64,000 nt of DNA from Anaeramoeba ignava BMAN. Lineage: Eukaryota > Protista > Anaeramoebae. The stretch covers positions 62,001 through 126,000 of the forward strand of contig JAPDFW010000084.1 in NCBI GenBank assembly GCA_028826165.1. The letters run 5' to 3'. Of this stretch, positions 39,472 to 52,800 are shown piece by piece. The notes below the pieces were generated by a model, which was not told the DNA's origin, made no database searches, and saw nothing but the letters and a program-made list of their open reading frames with translations. Position 1 is the stretch's first letter; each line of letters begins with the position of its first letter. Made by a program: the position numbers and the translations under genes.

Positions 39472-42400
39472 TTAACTTCTCCAATATTGAGCCCATTTAT
39501 GTAAAGTTTCAACAACTTGAGGAAAAAGAGCATTCACACTTTCATCAATTACTGAACAAATATATTGAGCAGCATCATTATCATTTAAATCCAAACGGAA
39601 TTTTTCATAAATCTATTTAAATTTAATTTAATTTAATTTAATTCAATTTTAAATTTTAAATTTTAAATTAATTCAATTTTAAATTACGATTGGAATTGCA
39701 TCAGGATTTTTTTGAAAATCAGTAATATTTGCATCAATCATTAAAGAAAGTAAATCCAAAATCAAATAAGCAGATTTTCGAAGTACATTAAAAGCTTCAC
39801 CAGAAAGTAATTTAAAATAATTATAATGAGTACTTTTACGTCCCATCATTGCATCAATCATTTCTTTGCATAATTTCATTGGTGGTGGAAATGGTTTTGG
39901 ATCACTTCCAAAAATATATCCAAAATCAATATGAAAAAGTTTTCCATCAGGAGTTAATAAAAGATTATCTAAATGTCTATCACCAACACCAAGAAGATAT
40001 GTAATAACACCATATCCAGCTTTTTATTTTAATTTTGATTTTAATTTTAATTTTAATTTTGATTTATTTTTGAATTGAAAATAGTCTTACCACATGATTT
40101 TATATAATTATCCATAACTAAAGGAGTAAATCCATATTCAGTTTCTGGATCAGGGTTATTCTTGATTAAATAATCAGCAATTTTATTATGATGATCAGAA
40201 AGAATTGAAGATAAAGATTTTGAATCAATATATTGAATCATCCCAACATCTGCGCTTGTTGGAAGAACTTTATAAGGAGTTAGTTTCAAATCCAAATTTT
40301 CTTGTTTAAGAAGCCTATCCATCAACAAAATCAATTGCATAACAAGATTATCTTGTCTTAAATCATCACCAGCCTTGAAAATAATAGAGTAATCTTTTTC
40401 GTTGATTGTTTTGAAAGTGATTTTTAAAGGACAAAGTGCACTTTTGAAGATATAAATGGATTCGGGAACAATTCCTGTAATAAAAACACTAGGATCTAAA
40501 GGAAGTGGCATTTTCTCAAAGGTAACTAAATCAAGATGATCTTTTGGAAAGTTTTCTCTTAAATGTGTTATTTTTTTAGGTCGTGGATCTTTATTTGTTC
40601 TTATCGCTTCGGAAATGTGTTTCAGTGAATTCACTAGTTCTTCATGCCTTCTTAATCTTAATAAATGTTTTTTGTTCTTTGGTGTTTCTAGGCATTGTCT
40701 TGCGAATTCTAAAAGAACTTTTCCAAAGATTGAGTAATCATGATCATTTCTTTCTGAGAAAATGTACCAATAAAAAAATGTTCCAAATATTTTGTTATTT
40801 AATGCTCTTTCGATTAGGAATTGAACTAATGCAGATTTTTCTGATTTTTCATATCTCATTCCTTGTACAATTTGCAATAAATATAATAATAATTCCTTTT
40901 TTTTTTTTGAATTAAATATTGAATTGAATTAAATTGAATATTAAATATTAAATATTGAATTGAATTAAATATTGAATTGAATATTAAATATTGAATTAAA
41001 TATTAAATATTAAATATTGAATTAAATATTGAATTGAATTAAATATTGAATTAAATATTGAATTGAATTGAATTAAATATTGAATTAAATATTGAATTAA
41101 ATATTGAATTAAATATTAAATATTGAATTAAATTAAATATTAAATATTAAATATTGAATTGAATATTAAATTAAATTAAATATTAAATATTAAATATTGA
41201 ATTGAATATTAAATATTGAATTGAATATGAATTGAATTGAATTGAATTGAATATTGAATTAAATATTGAATTAAATTGAATTAAATATTGAATTATTAAA
41301 TATTGAATTAAATATTGAATTAAATATTGAATTGAATAAATATTAAATTGAATAAATATTGAATTGAATTAAATATTAAATTGAATTAAATATTGAATTG
41401 AATTAAAATATTAAAATTATTGAATTGAATTGAATTGAATTGAATATTAAATATTGAATTGAATTGAATTGAATTAAATATTAAATATTGAATATTTAAA
41501 TATTAAAATATTGAATTAAATTAAATTAAATATTGAATATTGAATTAAATATTAAATGAATTAAATATTGAAATTGAATTGGAATTAAATATTGAATTTG
41601 AATATTGAATTGAATTGAATATTGAATGAATAAATATTAAAATTGAATATTAAATATAAATAAAATTAAATATTGAAATATTAAATATTGGAATTGAATT
41701 GAATTGAATTGGAATTGAAATTGGAATTGAATTGAATTGAATTGAATATTGAAATTGAATTAAATATTGAATTGAATTGAATGAATTGAATTAAATATTA
41801 AATATTGAATTGAAAAATTGAATTGAAATTGGAAATCAAATTAAAATTGGGTGGAATTGAATGAATTGAATTGAATATTTAAATATTGAATTGAATTGAA
41901 TATTGAATCGAATGAATTGAATTGAATCAAATATTGAATATTGAATATTAAATATTGAATTCAAAACGAATATTGAAATATTAAATATTGAATCAAATAT
42001 TGGAATTGAATATTGAATTGAATTGAATTAAATATTAAATATTGAATTGAATTGAATGAATTAAATAAATGAAAATATGAATATTGAATTGAATATTGAA
42101 TATTGAATATTGAATTGAATTGAATATTAAAATTGAATATTAAATTGAATTGAATATTGAATTGAATTGAATTGAATTGAATATTAAATATTGAATTAAA
42201 TATTGAATTGAATATTGAATTGAATATTGAATTGAATATTGAATTAAATTTAATATTAAATATTGAATTGAATTAAATATTGAATTGAATTAAATATTGA
42301 ATTGAATTAAATATTAAATATTAAATATTAAATATTGAATATTGAATTGAATTGAATTGAATTAAATATTAAATATTAAATTGAATATTGAATTGAATTA

Positions 42401-44423
42401 AATATTAAATATTAAATATTAAATATTAAATTGAATTAAATATTGAATTGAATTAAATATTTACATCATCATCATATTTTCTCATCTGATTAGTAGCAAA
42501 TTCACGAATATATTCATCAATAAAATTTTTAGAAAGTAATTCAAGAATGGCAACAATATCAATTTTCCAATCATTAACAAGACGAATCATTTCTTGTCTC
42601 TCGAACTCAACATCGAGATTCAATGATAAAATAAATTTTGGAAGAGCTCTTGAATTTACTCTAAGTGTATTGCGAAATTTCCATATCATATCTTTTTCTT
42701 CTTCTGTCAATTCTTGAAGAGGTGGCCGCTCAATGATTTTCTATAAGAAAACCACAAGGTTAATAATTTTATACAAGATTTGACTTTTTTATATTGGAAT
42801 TACATTTAATTTTTTGTATTCTTCAAAAGTTGGAATAAATTTCTCGTTTGTGTTAAGTCTTGGTGTTTTTTTAGTATCTAAATCTTTTTTAATCGATATT
42901 TCTTGCATAATGATATCAGCTTGATCTTTTAACACAGATTTGTTCTTTTTTTTCTTTGGTTTATACTACAAAGTAAATGAAATTTAAATGAGGAAAAAAA
43001 AAATCAAAAGGATCTTCAATTACAACAAAATTTTAAATACATTAAATTTTCTATTCATTGCATTTGGATCGAGACTTTGATTTTGTTTAATCTTGAGAGC
43101 ATAAGTTTCAGAGACAATGTTTTCAAGGCTCCTCATGTAATCTGGAGATAGTAAATCCTCTGTTTTCCTTTGGAAATTGTGTTTATTTTGAATTGAAATT
43201 GCATGCCTGTCAAAATTTTTTCTTTTAATAAAATGATTTGTGATTTTAGATTCATTTTGTTTTTTAATTTCTTTTTCTTCTTCTTGATTTTCAATTTCAC
43301 GTTCCACTTTTTGTTCTGGACTTCCTTGATGAATTGAATCGCTCTTTGGCAAACGGACTGAAGAGCTAATATTCTTTGCAGGAATTTTTTTCGGGGAACT
43401 TATCACTTTGGGTTTTTTGATTTCATGGTCTTCTTGTTCTTGGTTACTGGATTTTTTGCTAAGTTGATCCTGTTCCTTCAATATAATTTCTTCTTTTTTG
43501 GATTGAATTCGCGGATTCTGAGTATTGCTTTGTTTTTTGGAAATGAACTCGGAAAGAATTGCAAGAGGCTTTGTGGCTTTTGGTGGGATTACAGGCTCAG
43601 GAAATGTGCTTGAGATTTCTAATATTTTGATAGCGATAAGTTGTTGTTTTTCATTTAATTGAGAAGATCCTTTGCGAAGGATGTTGAGTTTTTTTCTTGC
43701 ATCAACAACTTCGTCAGGAAACGCTGTTTGAATATGTTTTGATTGAGCTTATTTAAATGAAAGAAGAAAAGAAACAAAAGGAAAAATAATAAATTTTATA
43801 ATTTAAATATTTAAAATATTAAATGATAAATTATTAAATAATATCAATTATAATATTTTTGCTTTTTTGTATTTGGATTGAAAAAAATTGTTTTTTGTTT
43901 GAATCTTCATTTAGCAAAAAATGATATAAATTTAATTACAATTTATATTTAAAATTTGAATGCTTGTTGAACTTCTTTTCTTTTTTTGAGATTTTCTCAA
44001 GAAAAAAGAACTAAAAATTTGTGATCCAGGCCGAGGAGGAATCTTAGGAAGAGGAAGAGAATCATTTGATTCAGTGGTATTCGCTTTTAGATTGTTTTCT
44101 TGGCTTTTTATTGAGATCAACATTTCATCATAAACAAAATAATCAAAACAAAGATAAACATAAACTTCATCTTCTATTTCTTTGTTCATCAGCAGATTAT
44201 TAAATTGATAATCGGTTATATCTTTTCTCTTTTCTTTTTCCTTTTGTTTTCTATTGTTCCTTCTTGGGTTTTGTTTTCTTATTGGCTGAGTTTCAACAGT
44301 TTTTTTTGGAGGTTCAAAATTTTTGGAAACTGAATTTTTTGGATTTTGGAATTTTGGGAATTTTGGTTTAGGAAAAGGTTTGAAATTACGTTCAAAATGT
44401 TTTTTTGGAAATTGTGGTTTCAT
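39472..44423 (-). CDS. VPS34: Class III PI3-kinase VPS34-like with long low-complexity N-terminus
   Basis: Helical domain ([15 protein letters not shown]; [11 protein letters not shown]), [41 protein letters not shown]-terminal [12 protein letters not shown]. Confidence 0.92.
40896..42464. repeat. Repeat-expanded VPS34 intron (ATATTGAATTAA-type)
   Basis: Direct reading; GT/AG ends on the minus strand join KYDDD to ELLLYLLQ. Confidence 0.9.
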
Positions 44424-44520
44424 GAATTAAAAAAAAAATGGAAAAAAAAAATGAAAAAAAAAATTTTCCAATTATTTTCATTTTTTTTTTTTTCATTTTT
44501 GGTTTTTTTTTTGGATAATA

Positions 44521-45555
44521 ATGTTCCAAATAACATCTTGTGAAACGTTACCTCAAAAAGGAAAAGAACCTGGAAATACATGCAAAAGTGGAATGCTCTC
44601 ATTTCCTGAAAAAGGAGAAATTATGATAATTGGAGGATATTGTCAAAATCGAGTTTCAAATCATGTGAAAATTTACAAAACCGAGAACAACGAATGGGAT
44701 GATTTCCCTATCCAAACGGACAAAGAGAACATTCCAATTTCGCGATATGGACACACTGTTACTTTTTATCCAAAAAAAAACTCAGTATTTTTATTTGGCG
44801 GTTATGATCTCCACACTTATTTATCCGATTTTTGGGAGCTTAACTTAACAACAAAAGAATGGATTGAGTACAATAAAAATCACCGAGAAGATGAGTGGCC
44901 GAAAGGGCGCCACTCGCATTCATGTGTTTTATACGAGGATTTTTTAATATTTTTTGGTGGAAGAATCACACTTGAAGGAAATCGATCAAACGAGGTCTGG
45001 AGTTGGTCGATAAAAGACCAAACTTGGAACCTAATCAAAACAACAGGCGATATCCCATCAACTCGCTCTTCTCATTCCGCCGCTATTTATAAGGATAATA
45101 TGTTTGTTTTTGGCGGTGTAGATGAGGATGGTTTTACAACTGAATTTTTTTATCAATTGAATTTGACAGATTTTTTCTGGACAAAAATACATTTGGGAAC
45201 CGATATTTATTCAAGAGCAAGTAGCGCATTCACCCAAATCGGCTCCCGCTTGATTCTTATTGGAGGGAGAAAGACTCTTCCTGATTTCAAAGAGGATTCA
45301 AATAATATTATTGTTATTGATCTCCAGAATTTTGAAACAAAATTACTTGAAAATTCTCCTTATTTTCAAGGCAGAAGTTGTCATTCCTGTATTGCTATGG
45401 ACCATGATATTTATATGTTCGGTGGTGAGCAGATTAATTTGAATTCTTGTCCTGTTATCCATGTTAATTATCTTGAGAAATTCTCTTTTCTTCATGATTT
45501 GGTTTCTGATTTGAAAAATTTTTTATCAAATGAATCAATTTTAATGGATATTTGA
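44521..45555 (+). CDS. Kelch-repeat beta-propeller protein
   Basis: Six blades (RYGH..FLFGG, RHSH..IFFGG, RSSH..FVFGG, RASS..ILIGG, RSCH..YMFGG). Confidence 0.9.
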   Translation: MFQITSCETLPQKGKEPGNTCKSGMLSFPEKGEIMIIGGYCQNRVSNHVKIYKTENNEWDDFPIQTDKENIPISRYGHTVTFYPKKNSVFLFGGYDLHTYLSDFWELNLTTKEWIEYNKNHREDEWPKGRHSHSCVLYEDFLIFFGGRITLEGNRSNEVWSWSIKDQTWNLIKTTGDIPSTRSSHSAAIYKDNMFVFGGVDEDGFTTEFFYQLNLTDFFWTKIHLGTDIYSRASSAFTQIGSRLILIGGRKTLPDFKEDSNNIIVIDLQNFETKLLENSPYFQGRSCHSCIAMDHDIYMFGGEQINLNSCPVIHVNYLEKFSFLHDLVSDLKNFLSNESILMDI

Positions 45556-45838
45556 GTTGCTTTTTTATTTTTTGTTCTAATTTGTTTTTTGCAAATTCTT
45601 TAAAATTCTTTTTTTAAAAAAAGTGGAACAAAAATTGATCAAAGAAAGAAATAGTTTTTTTTTATAAATGAAGAAATGAATTCTTTTGTTTGTTTGTTTG
45701 TTTGTTTGTTTTTTTAATTTAGAAGAAAAAAAAAAAGAAAAAAAAAATTTGATAAGAATTTTGAAAAAAAAAAAAAAGAAGAAAATGGAACAATAAGAAG
45801 AAAACACTAAAATAAATCATTCCATTTATTTGTTTTTT

Positions 45839-47971
45839 CTAAAGTAAATCATCTCTTGTCATTTTCTTTTCAAGAACCATAAGTTGAATTTGATCCTAAA
45901 AAAATAATAAAAATTAAAATTAAAAATAATTTAAAAATAATTTAAAAAATTTAAATACAAAAACGGATTTGATGTCATTAGTATCAATTGCGCAAGTGAA
46001 AAAAGTAGCAACTTTTCTTTTATCCGATTTCCCAATTTCAACGAATTTCATTTTTAGAAATTGCAAAATACTTTCACTTTTATTTTCACCATTATATTCA
46101 GGAAAAAAGTCTTTGAATTGTTTCTTCTGGATTTTTTCACTAAAAACATCAATTTTATTTAAAAGAACAACACAACCTTTATCAAGTAGAATCGGATTAG
46201 AAATTGTATTTTCAAATAAAGAAATTGATTCTTGAAGTCGATTTGTTTGAATATCTTCAAAAAGTTGTTGATCAAATTCGCTCACAGCAAGAACATAAAT
46301 AATAAGTGTTGCATTATCAAAGTGGTTCATCCATTTTCTTCTTTCAGAACGTTGACCTCCAACATCAATTACACTAAAACAATTTTAAAAACAAAAAACA
46401 ATAATTTTTTTTACTTGTTCAATTAATTTGTTCCACTTTTTTAATTTAATTTAATTTAATTTAATTTAATTTAATTTAATTTGAATTATCTAATTACGTC
46501 CATTTTTGTTCTTGAATTCCAAATTCAACAGCTGTTACACCAGTTGTTGGAATTCTACAATTAAGTATATCAGTCTCATTTGGAATAAAAGATTTATTAA
46601 CAATTTTATCAATTTGATCTAAAAAACTTTTAAATTTTCAAATAAATTTTCAAATAAATTTTCAAATAAATTTTAATTTTACTAATGAGCATTATCAGGA
46701 AGTTCAAGAACTGATCTTTTTTGAAATGTTTCTTTTAATGCTGGATCTTGCCATAAAACTTTTGCATTTTCTGCAACTTCTTTTGTTAATTGATAAGGAA
46801 TTTCAATTTCAAGAAAATCATCTGCAATAGACTTTTTTTAAATAAAAAAAATTGAAATTATTTTGTAAATAAGTACTTATTAAAATTTTAAATAAATTTT
46901 AAATTAATTTTAAATTAAACTTTATTTTTTTTTTCGAGTGGTATTTTCATTTTTGCAGCTCCTTCAAGTAAAGTTTTGATGTAAATTATAATATTAGATC
47001 TAATGATTTCTTTATATAAATCATAATCTTGATTTGTAAATCCTTTTTTAAATAGAATATTTAATTGTTTTAAAAGAGTAGTTTTTCCAGAATCTCCCGC
47101 ACCTAAAATAATTAATTTTTCAATTTTAATTTTAATTTTAATTTTTAATTTTAAATTATAAATTTAATTATAATTTTAATTATAATTTTATTTTTATTTT
47201 TAATTTTAATTTTTAATTTTAATTTTAATTTTAATTTTAATTTTAATTTTAATTTTAATTTTAATTTTAATTTTAATTTTAATTTTAATTTTAATTTTAA
47301 TTTTAATTTTAATTTTAATTTTTAATTTTAATTTTAATTTTAATTTTAATTTTAATTTTAATTTGAATTTTAATTTTTAATTTAAATTTTGATTTTGATT
47401 TTAATTTTAAAATTAATATTAATTTTGATTTTAATTTTAATTTTAATTTTAATTTTATAAATTAATTTTAATTTTGATTTTAATTTTAATTTTGATTTTG
47501 ATTTTTGATTTTAATTTTAATTTTAATTTTAATTTTAATTTTAATTTTAATTTTGATTTTAATTTTAATTTTAATTTTAATTTTAATTTTAATTTTAATT
47601 TTAATTTTAATTTTAATTTTAATTTTAATTTTAATTTTTATTTTGAATTTTAATTTTAATTTTAATTTTAATTTTAAATTATAAATTATAAATTATAAAT
47701 TATAAATTATGACGATGCTTATTTGCTTTGTTATTTTTATTTGCTTTGTTATTTTGCTTTTTTATTGTTATTCAAATTTTTCAATTCATTTAAAACCCAA
47801 AACAAATAACAAATTTAAAATAATTTTATTTATTGTTCAAAATTAAAACAAACCTAGAATAAGAAGACAAACATTATTTTTAAGAGATTTTTCTTCTTCT
47901 TTCAATTTTTCTGAAATTTTTCGATTTCTCTCAAACTCTTGTGGATTTTTTTTACTGTTTTTCCCTCCCAT
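45839..47971 (-). CDS. Heterotrimeric G-protein alpha subunit
   Basis: MG myristoylation start, LLILGAGDSGKTT, RIPTTG, DVGGQRSERRKW, NKID, TCAID; first intron 47103-47853 is (TTTTAA)n-expanded. Confidence 0.93.
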
Positions 47972-48078
47972 TAAATTTTATTTTATTTTTTTTTTTTTGG
48001 AAACAGAAAAAATGAAATTATTTTTTTCAATTATTTTTTTTTCAATTATTTTTTTTTTTCAATTATTTTTTTTTCTTA

Positions 48079-49750
48079 ATGGAAGCTATTCGTAAATTTG
48101 ATAAAACAAAATTAAAAAATGTAATAATGGAAGTAAAGAATTTTGAATATATTGAAGATTTTACAATTGATAATCAAGCAATCAATATATTTCCTGGTTT
48201 ATTTATAAGTTCTTTAACTGGTGCACAAAATGTTGAAACTCTTAAAGAAAATAAGATCACACATATTCTTACTTTAATTCCATGGAAAATAAATATACCA
48301 AAAGTAAGAACAATTTTTTAAATTAAATCAAATTAAAATCAAATTAAATCAAATCAAATTAAATTAAATTAAATTAAAATTAAATCAAATTAAATTAAAT
48401 TAAATCAAAATCAAATCAAATTAAAATCAAATCAAATCAAATCCAAATCCAAATTAAATCAAATCAAATTAAATTAAATCAAATCAAATCAAATCAAAAA
48501 TCAAATCAAATCCAAATCCAAATAAAATCAAATCAAATTAAATTAAATCCAAATCAAATCAAATCCAAATCAAATCAAATCCAAATCAAATTAAATTAAA
48601 TTAAATCCAAATTAAATCAAATTAAAATTAAATTAAAATCAAATTAAATTAAATCAAATCAAATCAAATCAAATCAAATCAAATTAAATCCAAATCCAAA
48701 TTAAATTAAATTAAAATTAAATTAAATTAAATCAAATTAAAATCAAATTAAAATCAAATTAAATTCAAATCCAAATCAAATCCAATTAAATTAAATCCAA
48801 ATTAAATTAAATTAAATTAAATTAAATTAAATTAAATTAAATTAAATTAAATTAAATTAAATTAAATTAAATCAAATTAAATCAAATTAAAATTAAATCA
48901 AATCCAAATTAAATCAAATCCAATTAAATCAAATTAAATTAAATTAAATTAAATTAAATTAAATCAAATCAAATCAAATTAAAATCAAATCAATTTAAAT
49001 CCAAATCAAATTAAATTAAATCAAAATCAAAATTAAATCCAAATCCAATCAAATCAAATTAAATCAAATTAAATCAAATCCAAATTAAATCAAATTAAAT
49101 CAAATCCAAATTAAATCAAATCAAATCAAATCAAATTAAATCAAATTAAATCAAATTAAATTAAATTAAATCAAAAATCAAATTAAAATTAAATCAAATT
49201 AAAATTTAATTAAATTAAAATTAAATCCAAATCAAATCAAATTAAATCAAATCAAATTAAATCAAATTAAATTAAATTAAATCAAATTAAATTAAATCAA
49301 ATCAAATTAAAATTAAATTAAATTAAATTAAATTAAATCAAATTAAATCAAATTAAATCAAATCAAATCAAACCAAATTAAATTAAAATCAAATTAAATC
49401 CAATTAAATTAAAATCAAATAAATATATTTAAATGAAAATATTTTAGGATTTGAATATCCAAAATAAAAAAATTAAAATGTATGATACAGAAGAATATGA
49501 TTTATTATCTACTCTTCCCGAAGCTTTGGATTATATAGAATATGTAATCGAAAATAAAGGAAATGTTTTAGTTCATTGCCATGCTGGTGTTTCTCGTTCA
49601 GGTTCTGTTGTAATTGCAGCTATAATGAAAATGAAAAAAATTCCATTTGAAGAAGCTTATAAATTTGCAAAAGAAAAAAGACAAAGTATTCAACCAAATC
49701 CACATTTTATAAAACAACTTCAAATTTTCTCAAAATCTTTAGCAAATTAA
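48079..49750 (+). CDS. Atypical dual-specificity phosphatase with N-terminal thymosin-beta/WH2-like motif
   Basis: Exons 48079-48303 and 49448-49750; VHCHAGVSRS catalytic motif, IQPNPHFIKQL. Confidence 0.9.
48304..49447. repeat. Intronic (AAATT/AAATC)n pentamer expansion
   Basis: Direct reading. Confidence 0.9.
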
Positions 49751-49879
49751 TTCAATTTTGCTTAAAGAAAAAGAAAAGAAAAAGAAAAAGAAAAGAATTT
49801 CCCAAAAAATAAAAATTTTTTTTCATTTTTTTTCATTTTTTTTCTTTTAAAAAAAAAAGAATAATAAAAAAGAATAATA

Positions 49880-52800
49880 ATGAATAAAAAAGAAAAACAA
49901 ACAGATGAACAAATTGCAGTAAACCTATAAATAAAAATACTTAAAATAAATTAAAAATAAATTAAATTTCTCAATCCAAAAAAAAATATTTTTTGCTTTT
50001 TTTTTTTGAATTGTTTTTTTTTAAAGAAAAATTTAAGAATTCCTTTAGAAGCATTCCAAGAAATGTCAACTCAACAAAAAGAACAAATGAGAAAAGCAGC
50101 TAAACAAGAAGTAAGAATAAATATCAATTTTAAATTAAACAAAATTAAACAAAAAACCTTTTTATAATTTAGGAAGTAAAACCAGCTCATCCTGCAAAAT
50201 TTTTCATAAAGAAAATTAAAGATTCAACAAAACTATCAATTTTTGAAAATTTAAGTGTTGGTTTGAAGACATATTCGATAACTTGGATTAAAGAATTTAT
50301 ATCGGAAAATGGACCACAAGCAATTCTTCAAAGAATAATAACAATTGGTTCAAAAAATATACCAATATTGAAAGAACTTATTGAATCAGTCAAAGGGTTA
50401 ATGTCAAACCCTGTAATAATCAAATATTTCGATTTAAAATTGATTTAAAATTGATATAAAATTGATATAAAATTGATATAAAATTGATATAAAATTGATA
50501 TAAAATTGATTTAAAATTGATATAAAATTGAAATAAAATTGATATAAAATTGATTTAAAATTAATATAAAATTGATTTAAAATTGATTTAAAATTGATAT
50601 AAAATTGATATAAAATGATTTAAAATTAATTTAAAATTGATTTAAAATTGATTTAAAATTGATTTAAAATTGATTTAAAATTGATTTAAAATTGATTTAA
50701 AATTGATATAAAATTGATTTAAAATTGATTTAAAATTGATTTAAAATTGATATAAAATTGATTTAAAATTGATATAAAATTGATTTAAAATTGATATAAA
50801 ATTGATATAAAATTGATTTAAAATTGATTTAAAATTGATTTAAAATTGATTTAAAATTGATTTAAAATTGATATAAAATTAATATAAAATTAATATAAAA
50901 TTGATTTAAAATTGATATAAAATTGATTTAAAATTGATAAAATTGATATAAAAATTAATATAAAATTGATATAAAATTGATATAAAATTGATATAAAATT
51001 AATATAAAATTGATTTAAAATTGATATAAAATTGATATAAAATTGATATAAAATTGATATAAAATTGATATAAAATTGATATAAAATTGATATAAAATTG
51101 ATTTAAAATTGATATAAAATTGATTTAAAATTGATATAAAATTGATATAAAATTGATTTAAAATTGATATAAAATAAATTGATATAAAATTAATATAAAA
51201 TTGATTTAAAATTGATTTAAAATTGATATAAAATTGATATAAAATTGATTTAAAATTGATTTAAAATATAAAATTGATATAAAATTGATATAAAATTGAT
51301 ATAAAATTGATTTAAAATTGATTTAAAATTGATATAAAATTTGATATAAAATTGATATAAAATTAATATAAAATTGATTTAAAATTGATATAAAATTGAT
51401 ATAAAATTGATATAAAATTGATTTAAAATTGATTTAAAAATTGATTTTAAAATTGATTTAAAATTTGATTTAAAATTAATATAAAATTGATATAAAATTG
51501 ATATAAAATTGATTTAAAATTGATATAAAATTGATATAAAATTGATTTAAAATTGATTTAAAATTGATTTAAAATTGATATAAAATTGATTTAAAATTGA
51601 TATAAAATTGATATAAAATTGATATAAAATTGATATAAAATTGATATAAAATTGATTTAAAATTTAATTTAAAATTGATTTAAAATTGATTTAAAATTGA
51701 TATAAAATTGATTTAAAATTGATTTAAAGCAAGGGATAAAAGTTTGCCTCGAAGTTGAAAATGTTGTTGATATCTTTTCTTCAATGCTTATATTTAAAGA
51801 TATTCAAATCAAAAAACGAGCAAGACAAATTTTAGCTATAATTTCTGTTTATCATTCAGAAGAAGATTTAAATCAAAAGGTTTTTAAATCTGTTACTGAA
51901 ATTGCAAAGAGTTTAAATTTAACCATTTCAGAATTTTTTGAACAACAATTAACAAGCAAAGATGAAGATAGTGAATCCTTATATTCTTGTGTTTCTCTTT
52001 TAAATTGTTTGATTTTTAATGGAGATTTGGAAGAACAAAACTCAAATAGATTACATTTTAATATTCAAAAAATTGGGAAAATTTTATCAGTAATTATTTT
52101 GGTTTTGATTTTATTTGAATATTTTTTGAACAATTCATTTTATTTGAATATTTCTTGAAAATAGAACTTCAAAGATTTAACTGAAAAACTCCAGAAACAA
52201 ATGAATTTCTTCTTTAATAATACTGCTTCAATCGAAAGCCAAATGCAAGAGATTTATGGAATTTCGACATTAGATGTTACAGATTTAGAAACAATTATAA
52301 ATCATTTTGAAGAATTACTAAAAAATATGGAATATGATCCAATTCTTCGTTTCTTCCGAAGAATGATATCAATAACATATCTTAGAAAAACTCATCCTCA
52401 TGATATATGGAATAAAATGGTTGAATTAACTAGTTATTTTTCGGCTAATATCAATGAAGGTATATAAAATAAATCATACATTTACTCAATCTAAATATTT
52501 TTTATTAATAAAAAAAATATTCTCACACTTTAATTGATTTAAAGAAAAAAAAATGGAAGATTTGATTTTTTTTGGAGATAATCTTTTGCGCATCAGAAAA
52601 GGAATAAGAAAAGAAATTGAAGAAAGTTTCAATGAAGATAAAAAGAAAGAATTAGAAAAGCAATTAAGAATTGAAATTGAATCAGAATCAAAATCAATTG
52701 AAGAAAAAAAAACGATAACAGATAGTAATGAAAACAATGAAAATATAGAAAATAATGAAAATGATGAAAAAAAGAAGTGAAAAGTGGATTAGCAGCTCAA

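Noticed and set aside
45553-45580. UGA read-through as Sec in the Kelch gene
   Set aside because: Only about 7 codons follow before TAA; no SECIS or Cys-homologous context is seen.
52770-52780. Formin split into two genes or recoded at TGA
   Set aside because: A simple indel in an A-rich run explains it; most likely sequencing error.
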